64,000 bases of DNA, taken from NCBI GenBank assembly GCA_951406725.2, contig OX597820.1, forward strand, positions 47,740,001 to 47,804,000. The letters are read 5' to 3'. This DNA comes from Octopus vulgaris. Lineage: Eukaryota. The notes under the pieces were generated by a model that worked only from the letters and a program-made list of their open reading frames with translations, ran no database searches and was not told the origin of the DNA. Below are positions 53,184 to 64,000 of this stretch, piece after piece (the first letter of the stretch is position 1; each line of letters opens with the position of its first letter). Position numbers and translations under genes: made by a program.

Positions 53184-53225
53184 ATTATTATTATTATATC
53201 TGCTTATTATTATTATTATTATTAA

Positions 53226-53325
<100 letters not shown>

Positions 53326-53486
53326 GTTTCAATTTGTACAAGTTACATCCAAGTCTCAACAAGAGATGTCAAAAAAAAAAAATATTCGAATGCCTGTGTA
53401 TTATTAAAAAAATTCGTTTTACAAAATTTAGAATGAAAGCGAATAAATAAAATTGTATTTACATGGAGAGGAATTTACATCAGGTA

Positions 53487-54432
53487 CAGGGGTTAGACAA
53501 AATAACGGAAACACCTAGCATCATAGCATCATAATTTTGAAATAACTATTAAATCGTTAAAAGCTTGCTTATTTTATGTCTTTTGATTTATTATTAGTGT
53601 TGCTTAATATGTTTTGTTAAAATTGCTGTTTCTTTTCAGATATCATCAGAAAAAGGTAATTAAAATTCATTAAAATGGGAGATCTATCGGACTGCTCGTA
53701 TGGCAGGCGCTAGCGTAACGAAAACAGCTGAAATGTTTGGTATATCAAGAAGTACTGTATAGAAAGTAATGACAGCTTTTGAGAAAGAGGGAAAAACCTC
53801 CTCGTCCAAACAGAACTCCGGAAGAAAACCAAAACTTTCAAATAGGGACTGTCAGAATCTTACGCGAATTGTTGGAAAGGATCACAAAATAGCAGCTCCT
53901 CAAATTACTCCAGAGCTTAATGACCACCCCGAGAACCCAGTTTCCACAAAAATTGTTCGCTGGGAGCTGCACAAAGCCGGATTTCACGGGAGGGTTGCAG
54001 CAATCAGAAAACCACTACTTTCAAAAACAAAGGTTGCAATGCATTTAGAGTGGAGTAAAAAGCTACAGAATTGGTCCCTAGAGCAGAGGAAGGATGTTAT
54101 TTTCTAAGACGAGTCATCCTTTACCTTATGTCCGACTACCGGCCGAGTATACGTGTGGGGACAGCCAAAAGGAGTATTTGACTCAGACTGCCTTCTTCCA
54201 ACTGTTAAACATGGAGGAGGAACCGATATAATCTGGTGGGGTTATATCTTGGAAATCCACCAGCCCAATGTTTTCCCTTCATGGCAGAATTAATAGTCAT
54301 GACTATTTAAGCATTTTATCTGATCAAATTCTTCCTATTGTTGCGTAACTGTTTCTGGAGGGAAACGTAATCTTTCAGGATGATAATGCACCAATTCACA
54401 CAGCTCAAATTTTTACTGAATGGCACGAGGAC
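53487..54432 (+). mobile_element. Tc1-like transposon, 3'-truncated, transposase pseudogene
   Basis: TA|caggggttagacaaaata TIR; ARMAGASVTKTAEMFGISRSTV HTH, SGRKPKL, VIF*DES, TVKHGGG, FQDDNAPIH. Confidence 0.92.
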
Positions 54433-54735
54433 AAGATATCTGAAGAACCGCTGGATGGATTCGGATGAAACCTTCATGGATGTTTGGCCTCGAAACTGGC
54501 ACGAACTGTTTAGATTTTGGGATTGAACCGGTACCGGACAAGGATTCTGGGATTTTTTTCCTGTTTTTTTTTACTTAGTTTTTGTGAGCGGTCGGGTTCA
54601 TTTTTAGCATTCCCGATTGTGAGAACAGTTCAGTTTATTTCAGATATTATCATTTTAAAAATCATCTGTGGCAAATCACTGAGAGGACGTTGGTGTTGCC
54701 TTGGCGGAGGTTTGCGCTCTCTGAGTGCTCCTGTT
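54433..54735 (+). mobile_element. Helentron-associated non-autonomous element (HINE-like), 3' part
   Basis: Ends ccttggcggagg (subterminal repeat-like) + hairpin gcgctctctgagtgc + TT. Confidence 0.65.
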
Positions 54736-54968
54736 ATTACTGTTTTACTTTACAGAACGCTCGGTCTTGTTCTGGTAAATTCTATGAGAGCAGAGAACAG
54801 CCTGCTGTCAAAGGTCTGTCAGGGCCTCTTTCCGCACATAATAATCTTTGATATTTGCTTGTTAATTATCACGAGAGACATTCAACATCCAATTACCGTT
54901 CTCAAAATCCTAGCAGACCCCAGCAGATCCGTTTTGGGGGCTTGCTCGGCTCTCATGTCAATTCCATT
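54736..54968 (-). mobile_element. Second R4/Dong-like 3' end
   Basis: Minus strand GIDMRAEQAPKTDLLGSARILRTVIGC*. Confidence 0.65.
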
Positions 54969-54974
54969 GTTGCT

Positions 54975-55862
54975 GTTGTTGTTATTATTATTATATGCAC
55001 TCAACAAATTAGACTGTTGGAAAAGAAAAGAATCTCAACATCTGGTTACAACAAGTAACCTTAAACGCCAAGAAACCTCCTAAGTATCCTAGCTGTACCT
55101 AATAATACTGTTATCTGCAGCTGTACTAAATGGGTTTTATACCTACTTCCTCCATCCATCTGTTCAGATCTTTAGGGATAGTTCCCAATGCACCTATACC
55201 TACTGGGATACATTTACCCACACTTTCCATAGTCTCTGTAATTCAATAGACAAGGCCTGGTACTTTGCTATTTTTTCTATACTTCTCATTTTCCTCATTT
55301 AGGACTGTAAAGTCAGTTATCTGGCACTTTATATTCTCTCTATCTACTTCTACCAAATCAGGCCTTCTAGCTTTTATTACTCTGTCAGTCTGAATGTTGA
55401 AATCTCACATCTTATATTTCTTACTTTATAGTACTTTACTTGGTTCATATTTACAACATTTATCAGTATGTTCAAATCGATTCTATATGGCGGTGCCCCA
55501 GCATGGCCACAGCTCATAAGCTGAAACTAGAATCAATCAATCAAATCTCCCTAGATTATCATGTATTTTCTTGTATTCTTTCTATGCCAGCATGCTACAT
55601 TCACTTACGATATGAGTAACGCTCTCCTCTTTTGATTAGCATCATTAACATTGGGAATCTGCCTGGTTTTGTCGATCTTGGCTTTTATACAGTTAGTCCT
55701 TAATGTTTGATCTTGTGCAGCGACTAACAAACTTTCTGTCTCCTTCTTCAGCTTTCCTTTCTGTAACCATAACCATGTCTCACTACTACTATTTGCTGTA
55801 ACTATCTTTGGGAGTCTACCATGCAACACCTCTTGCCAATCACATAATTTCTGTTCTTTTTA
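54975..55862 (-). mobile_element. R4/Dong-like LINE C-terminus (zinc knuckle remnant + restriction-like endonuclease), decayed
   Basis: WLWLQKGKLKKETESLLVAAQDQTLRTN, HIVSEC, DFNIQTDRVIKARRPDLV, EKIAKYQAL, GIGALGTIP, LLGTARILRRFL; (TAA)n tail. Confidence 0.88.
55479..55540 (+). mobile_element. 62-bp insertion of the CR1-group LINE 3' terminus
   Basis: ggcggtgccccagcatggccacagctcataagctgaaactag matches 18614-18655; tcaaatc is duplicated on both sides. Confidence 0.8.
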
Positions 55863-55974
55863 ATGGTTTTTAACTTCGTTTATGTCCTTGGTTTCCGTCT
55901 TGCCGTGGCTCTAGCAGATTTTAATAAACTTTCTTCACTATTACCTACATCGGAGTCTATATCTATTCTAGCTA

Positions 55975-56145
<171 letters not shown>

Positions 56146-56457
56146 TTTTTGTTGCTGTTACAGTTCTCATACCAATAGTAAGGTCTTTCAATTCAACCAT
56201 ACCACAGAGATGGACATATCTAACACATTGCAGCCTTTCATTTAAAAGGATAGAGGCGTGGTACAGATTGAAAACAATGTTCTTTTATTTATTTTTTCTC
56301 TTTATTTTCCTCCATAACATATATGTATGCGTGAATGTATGTTTGTATGTATGTTTGCAGCTCTCTCTCTCTCTGTCTTTATCTCGCTTTCCCTCTCTCC
56401 TATCTATATATATGTATAAATATATATATACATAAGTATGTGTATATATGTATATGC

Positions 56458-56498
<41 letters not shown>

Positions 56499-56560
56499 CA
56501 TACACACATATGCATACACAAATATATATATATCGTCACATAAACAATATTTAATATATA

Positions 56561-56687
<127 letters not shown>

Positions 56688-58616
56688 ATCTAAACAAGAA
56701 CAAGCAAGAAAAGACAACGCGAGGACGTAGAACAAGCACTGTGTTATTGGATGCTCAGGAAAGGAAAGAAAAGAAAGAGGATTTATATATATATATATAT
56801 ATGCATGCATCGGGCCACGCGTGTGAGAGTGAGAGATATCAACTGCTTTATCCAACCGATTCCTCGATATTTCGATATTTTCCAACTCGCATATAATTCC
56901 TCCAATATATTCTCTATCTGTTTCGCAATTTCTGGTACTTATCTCCTTCTGGCTTTGCAGTTAGGACATCCAAATATAGCTGGCAGCAATTTGTTGACGT
57001 TAAGCTCTGCTTGTGAAGAATCTCCGTTCAATTTTAGCTTCTGGCAAATATTTTTTTTTTCCATTTTTTTTTTTACTATTTCTTCGGCGACCACACCGTA
57101 ACTGCATTACAACACATTACATCATATTACATCAACCCCACCCCTATGAGGGACAACGTTACACCAAACCATACCACATACACACCCACAAAGCACTTCA
57201 CTATATTTGCAATGCATTACATCATCGGATAGATACCCACATCGCACCGCTCTTCTTTATACCACACAACACGATAGTACACAGCGCTGTTCCACACGCA
57301 GTACTCAGTAACGATACATCATATTTCAATGCATAAAGCGTTGAACATTTCATCACACCGCGTTATCCGACATCAGAGCACCACACGCAGAACATACGTT
57401 CACGCTACTTCGTTGCATCACACTATAGAGAGAGAATACTATACAACATTATATATAGACCGACAATATTACATCACTGTGCAACATACTACACCACATT
57501 TCGCCACATTATGCCATTATGCAGCAACAACACAGCAGCATCAGAATTTATTTTCTCCAACTGGGATCCGCTTAAATCCTTAAAATTAGGAACAATTTCT
57601 CCTGTTTCAAGGAATTATCCAACCAAAAACCATAAAAAAAAAACAAAGAAAACGTCCATAAAATCCTCCTCACATAGCACCCAACACCCAACAACAGCAG
57701 CGACGCCGCCACCGTCACTGCCAATACTACCACCTCTAACACCACCAGCAACATCACCAACTCTACAGCCACGAAATCACCAGCCGCCGCAGCAGCGCCA
57801 TCACCGTTACAAAAAAAAAAACCAATACAGCCGCCGCTACTGTTACAGCCACCAAAACGCCACCAAATCGATCACCACCACCACCACCACCACCACCACA
57901 ATCACAACCATCAGCACCAACGTCACAAGCATCAGTACCAGCATCACCAGCATCAGCACCACCAAAACCTTTCCAAACACCAACACCACCACCGCCACCA
58001 CGACAACCACAATCACCACTATCACTACCGCCATTAATTTTATTTTCCCTATCATCAACAGTAATAGTATCGTCTCTCATACAAACAGCTGGCTACACCA
58101 TCACCGTCACCATTCATTACAGAATCACTTTTAAGCATAAATTCCTACACCTGGTATCGACAGATTTACCTCTACGCACACCACGGCTACACGAGCAGCA
58201 CCATGACGGCAACGATGACAGCTACACTCTACAAGCTCCCACTATCATCGACACTTTCATCACCACCGCCACCACCATCGCTGCGTCCACCGCTGCAACT
58301 AATGTCACCACCACCACAAACACCAACACCACTACAGCCATCACCTATACAACCACCACCATCACACACAACCACCGCTGCAACTAATGTCACCACCTTC
58401 GCCACCACCACGGCAACCACCATCACTGTAACCACGACCACCACCACTGCTTCCATTTGAGCATATATGAGCATGTCTAGTTATGCAACTATATGCATGA
58501 GAATACATACATAAAATACACAAATCTGCACATACATATATACATGCATACATAGATACATACATACCCTGTTGTTGTAATTCCAATGAAGGAGACTTGG
58601 ATCTAGGATAGAAACC

Positions 58617-59030
58617 TATTTCTTTATTACCCACAAGGGGCCAAACACAGAGGGAACAAACAAGAACAGACATGGGTATTAAGTCGATTACACCGACCCC
58701 AGTTCGTAACTGGTACTTAATTTATCGACCCCGAAAGGATGAAAGGCAAAGTCGGCCTCGGCGGAATTTGAACTCACAACGTAACGCAGACGAAATACCT
58801 ATTTCTTTATTACCCACAAGGGGCTAAACACAGAGAGGACAAACAAGGACAGACAAATAGGTATTAAGTCGATTACATCGACCCCAGTGCGTAACTGGTA
58901 CTTATTTAATCGACCCCGAAAGGATGAAAGGCAAAGTCGACCTCGGCGGAATTTGAACTCACAACGTAACGACAGACGAAATACAGCTACGCATTTCGCC
59001 CGGCGTGCTAACGTTTCTGCCAGCTCGCCT
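58617..59030 (-). mobile_element. SINE family B dimer with 16-bp TSD
   Basis: atctaggatagaaacc at 58601-58616 and 59031-59046. Confidence 0.95.
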
Positions 59031-60073
59031 ATCTAGGATAGAAACCGGTTCTTTCAAGACATCTTGAAATAAAGTGAATAATGTCATACGTACTTACAGT
59101 TAACAAAGAACAACATCCAAGTAACAGAGAATTATTTGTCTTACAATACTTTACAGATACTGGCTTACAGAATTACGTTTATGTTTTCGTCCATCAATAA
59201 ATAGGAACATGAGCTTTTCTCTTCTAAAATAATAAGGTGCAAAATAAATTCCCCTTTGTACAGTCAACACAGTTGTATCTCTTCTTGTCATATCTATTCT
59301 GTATCACATCTTTCAGATACTTTACTAAACAATTTTTTTGCCAATCTTGTATCTCAACAGCTGTACGAAACCGAAACAGGAAATCTCCCTCAACAGACAA
59401 CAAATTGCAGACCTACAAACACTGTCGTTCTCCAGTTGTAAACACCGCCCATTAGAAGGGCAAAGCTTTATCCTTATCCTTTTGCAGTCATTATCCTGCA
59501 GAGACGCAACGCTCTGTCATACAAGTTTTACTGACATGAAATTGGAGACTTGCCAGATATGTCCTTTTCTTTGCAAATATCCCCCTGAAGAGCTGAAATT
59601 ATTTATCATTCTCCATTGGCACCTGCAGAACTGCAAGCCTTATTTCAGGCTCTTTGGGTTGCAGCCGTGATGGAGCAAAGCGTTGAAAAGTGTAACAGAT
59701 TAAATTAACTTCAGTACTTATAGTTTAATTTGATATTTACTTTATTGGCCAATTATTTGTCGAATCGCTAAATCACAGGAATGTAAACAAACCAGCACCA
59801 ACTGTCAAGCGTCAGGGACAAAGCTAAAAATGAAAACACACACAGTTACAATTGGCAGAGCTCAGCTGTTGCACATCTGCAGAGGAAGGGTGTTAACACA
59901 CACACACATGCACATACACACACATACAAAAACGCACACACAGTTATACATACGTACATATGTACATCCATCCATTCATCCATCCATATACATATATAAA
60001 GACATGTACACATATAACTAAATACCGTCAAGCACACATGTATATGAATGTATATATTATATAAACAAATATA

Positions 60074-60573
60074 AGGCGGCGAGCTGGCAGAAACGTTAGC
60101 ACGCCGGGCGAAATGCGTAGCTGTATTTCGTCTGCCTTTATGTTCTGAGTTCAAATTCCGCCAAGGGCGACTTTGCCTTTTATCCTTTCGGAGTCGATAA
60201 ATTAAGTACCAGTTCCGCACTGGGGTCGATGTAATCGACTAAATCCGTTTTTCTGTTCTTGTTTGTCCCTTCTGTGTTTAACCCCTTGTGAGTAGTAAAG
60301 AAATAGGTATTTCGTCCGCCGCTAAGTTCTCAGTTCAAATTCCGTCGAGGTGGACTTTGACATTTATCCTTTCGGGGTCGATTAAATAAGTACCAGTTGC
60401 GTACTGGGGTCGATCTAATCGACTGCCCCCTCCCCCTAAAATTTCAGGCCTTGTGCTTAGAGTAGAAAAGAATATGTACCAGTTAAGCACTGGGGTCGAT
60501 GTTATCAACTTAATCCCTTTGTCTTTGTTTGTCCCCTCTATGTTTTAGCTCCCTGTGGGCAATAAAAAAATAA
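60074..60573 (+). mobile_element. SINE family B array (head + young-tail unit + old-tail unit + extra tail fragment)
   Basis: Head ggcggcgagctggcagaaacgttagc; junction aaagaaata|ggtatttcg at 60305/60306. Confidence 0.92.
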
Positions 60574-61159
60574 ATACATAAATAAATATTGAGGCGGTGA
60601 TCTGGTAGAATCGTTAGCAACATTCAATCAGTCTTTACATTCTAACTTCAAATGCCACCTTTCATCCCATTTTGCAGTCTCAATAAAATAAATACAATTT
60701 GAGCACTGGGGTTGCTGTAATCAATTTACCCACTACCCTGAAATTGCTGGTATTGTGCCAAATTTTTACAATAATTTATGAATATATACTCATTTATACA
60801 CACACACACTCACATGTACACACATATGTATACACATATATGTATGTGCATACATATATGTGTGTGCGTCTGAGTGTATCTGTTTATATATCTATGGTGT
60901 GTGTGTGTGTGTGTCTATCTGTGTGTGTTCAACTAGCAGAAGAGGACGTTCAATCTTAAAACGCAGCAACTTATTAAATCCGAAAATAAGCGGAGAATTG
61001 CTAATTTCTTCCTCTAAGTCTACTCTAAATTGATATCCACATATTAATTGTTTGTTATGTGTGTCTGCCTTCCAAATTTTATTACTTTCTGAATGAATAA
61101 ATAAAGAAAAGATTTAAGACACTGAAAGAAGCCATACGAACCGTTGATCAGACCTACAT

Positions 61160-61195
61160 ACATACATAAATACATACATACATACGTAGATAGGT

Positions 61196-61251
<56 letters not shown>

Positions 61252-61419
61252 ATATGTATGTATGTGTGTGTATATATGTATATGTATGTATACATGTATA
61301 AATATATATCCACATATATATATATATATATCTGTATATATATGTGTATATATGTATATATATATATGTGTATATATATGTGTGTATATATATATATACA
61401 AATATATATACATAATATA

Positions 61420-61484
<65 letters not shown>

Positions 61485-61722
61485 ATATACATATATCTGT
61501 ATACGTTCACACATACACATATATATATCATTCGTATACATATATGTACACACACACACACACATATATATATAATATACGTATACATATATGTGTGTGT
61601 GTGTATGATTGCGTGTGTATGGTATGTGCGTCTGATATGCCTGAATGTGTGTGTGTGTGTGTGTGTGTGCATGCTTGTGTGCAACATACGACAATGACAA
61701 ATTTCATACGGTAATCATACAC

Positions 61723-61786
<64 letters not shown>

Positions 61787-61790
61787 CAAG
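61160..61790. repeat. Compound (CA)/(TA)/(TG)/(TAA) microsatellite field
   Basis: Seen directly. Confidence 0.93.
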
Positions 61791-62693
61791 AGCGTAAGCG
61801 CAACTAAAAGAAAGCATTGAATTTGAGATTAAAGAAAGCGAAGTCTATTCTGATGTTAATTGTAAATTATAGCTGGATAATGGTAAAAGTTATTGTTATT
61901 TTCTACTTGTTTTATGTATTGTTGCTGCTGTTGTTGTAATTTTTATTGTAATTTTTGTTGTTGTTGTTGTTGTTGTTGTTATTATTGGTGTCCAATGCTT
62001 AGAATTGTTATCGTTTTTGTTATTTCGTTATTCAATATTAATTCCGTTTTTGTTGTTGTTGGTTTTGTAGTTGCTATAACTCGGCGAAGAATACTTCGTC
62101 GCCATCGTTGTTGTTATGTAAGATATTTATTGTTGTAAGTATATTTGCTTTAATTGTATCTTGCCGATCTTCACGTATGACAATTTCCTAGACTTTGTTT
62201 TACTGTTATTATCATGGTGTCTTGTTTCTTCTTGTTGTTGTTGTTATTATTGTTATAGCTGCTGTTGTTGTTGCTGTTGTCGTTGTTGCTGTTGTTGTTG
62301 ACGTTGTTAATGTTTTAGCGTGATGAATTTTCTGATTCGATTTTGATTTTGCTATTTGGGGTATATTGATTTGTTTTATATCATTTGTTAATTTTGTGCT
62401 TTTGTTCTTTAAATTCGTTGTATTTTTTTTGTTATGATCATAGATGTTGTTGTTGTTGTCATCATTATTGGTGTTGTTATGGATATTTACTTCTTGCAAT
62501 TATAACTAAACGTATTCTTGATATATGTCTAACTCACAAATATACAAAAAAAAACACATACATATATACACGCACGAAGAAACACCCCAAATATTCTCAT
62601 GCTCTCCCACCCGAAATACGTACACAATAACACTCTCACATCAACACACACACACACACGTATACACACACATAGATGTACATACATACATAC

Positions 62694-62795
<102 letters not shown>

Positions 62796-63350
62796 CGTGT
62801 GTGTATATATATATATATAGTATATATAATATACGTACATACACAAACACAAACACATATATGCATGTATATACATTTGTGTATGTGCTTGTATGTGTGT
62901 GTTTATACACACACGTATATATATGAATATATAGAATATATATGCATACATACACATAATTAGCATCCTAACAAATAGGCAATTTTAGAATACCATCTAA
63001 AAAGATGTTTCATTGAATATTTTCCTCTTGAATTATTCCATTTTATTCTACGTATTAGCGTAGATACGTAACTGGATTTTGTTTTTTATGCACGCAAAAG
63101 AAAACGCCTTTGAAACTTAGTTTTATAAAATATGATGTATATTTATTTTTTACCTCTACGTCGTAATATTAGCAATATTCAACATCAAATAGCGCAAACA
63201 ACACAACACCAGTAGTACGACGGAATATGTGAGCCAGCTAACATGGCATGAGTATGTGACTGACTTCACTTTGTTGTTTATATTTATATCAAATTTTATG
63301 CTCGTGCTTGTAACAAAATCGTGATAATCAGTTTATGACACCTTTATAGT

Positions 63351-63740
63351 GGGAAGCACTCCGTCGGTTACGACGATGAGGGTTCCGGTTGATCCGAATC
63401 AACGGAACAGCCTGCTCGTGAAGTTAACGTGTAAGTGGCTGAGCACTCCACAGACACGTGCACCCTTAACGTAGTTCTCAGGGATATTCAGCGTAACACA
63501 GAGAGTGACAAGGCCGGCCCCTTGAAATACAGGTACAACAGAAACAGGAAGTAAGAGTGGAGTGAGAGAAAGTTGAGGCGAAAGAGTACAACAGGGGTCG
63601 CCACCAACCCCTGCCGGAGCCTCGTGGAGCTTTAGGTGTTTTCGCTCAATAAACACACACAACGCCCGGTCTGGGAATCGAAAGCGCGATCCTCCGACCG
63701 CGAGTCCGCTGCCCTAACCACTGGGCCATTGCGCCTCCAC
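63351..63740 (-). mobile_element. SINE family C, full length, with TSD
   Basis: Reverse complement of 43171-43554; flanks acacctttatagt / acacttttatagt. Confidence 0.93.
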
Positions 63741-63854
63741 ACTTTTATAGTATTATTAGGATGGCATTCGTCCAAACTTAAACCAACTTAACTGCTAAAA
63801 TGTTTCAACAACAAACAAGTTTCTTTATTCTTAAGAATATTTTATCTGTAAAAA

Positions 63855-64000
63855 TCGTGCCTGGAAAACGATGGGCAGTCTGGAAGACCTGCAACGAGCG
63901 CCACCTTTAGAAATCTGGAGAAAATTCATCAGTTTGTGCATACGGATCGTTGGAGCACAATAACACCATTGCTGATATTGTTGGTCTGTCGTACGTATCC
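63855..64000 (+). mobile_element. Mariner transposase N-terminal fragment (runs off the window)
   Basis: LENDGQSGRPATS...EKIHQFVHTDR...IADIVGLS. Confidence 0.7.

Noticed and set aside
54517-55083. 188-aa ORF
   Set aside because: Spans three unrelated transposon fragments; chance open frame.
56690-56783. Short fragments embedded in (TA)n (also 6750-6828 and 19390-19600), possibly Penelope-type ends
   Set aside because: Too short, with no complete ribozyme or ORF to support classification.
58570-59670. Possible solo LTR beginning TGTTG and interrupted by SINE-B
   Set aside because: No matching CA end, TSD, PBS or PPT found; left unclassified.

Overview
Repeat-dominated, AT-rich eukaryotic non-coding DNA (intergenic or large intron). 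The SINE families and the extreme microsatellite load point to a cephalopod, most likely Octopus (inference). No intact host protein-coding gene is supported; nearly all listed ORFs are translations of microsatellites or SINEs. The window holds dozens of copies of four tRNA-derived SINE families (named A-D here), decayed LINEs (RTE, CR1-group, R4/Dong-like), mariner/Tc1 remnants, Helitron and Helentron-type non-autonomous elements, and many simple repeats. Most notable: (1) an intact minimal type I hammerhead ribozyme at 34051-34104; (2) SINE-B concatemers that appear to arise by site-specific insertion into older copies of the same SINE; (3) two SINE/LINE pairs sharing 3' ends, one with compensatory stem changes; (4) a repeat-free island with a dense TGCAC motif cluster and a CRE, plus related smaller modules. 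Coordinates of decayed elements are approximate and all counts are manual.
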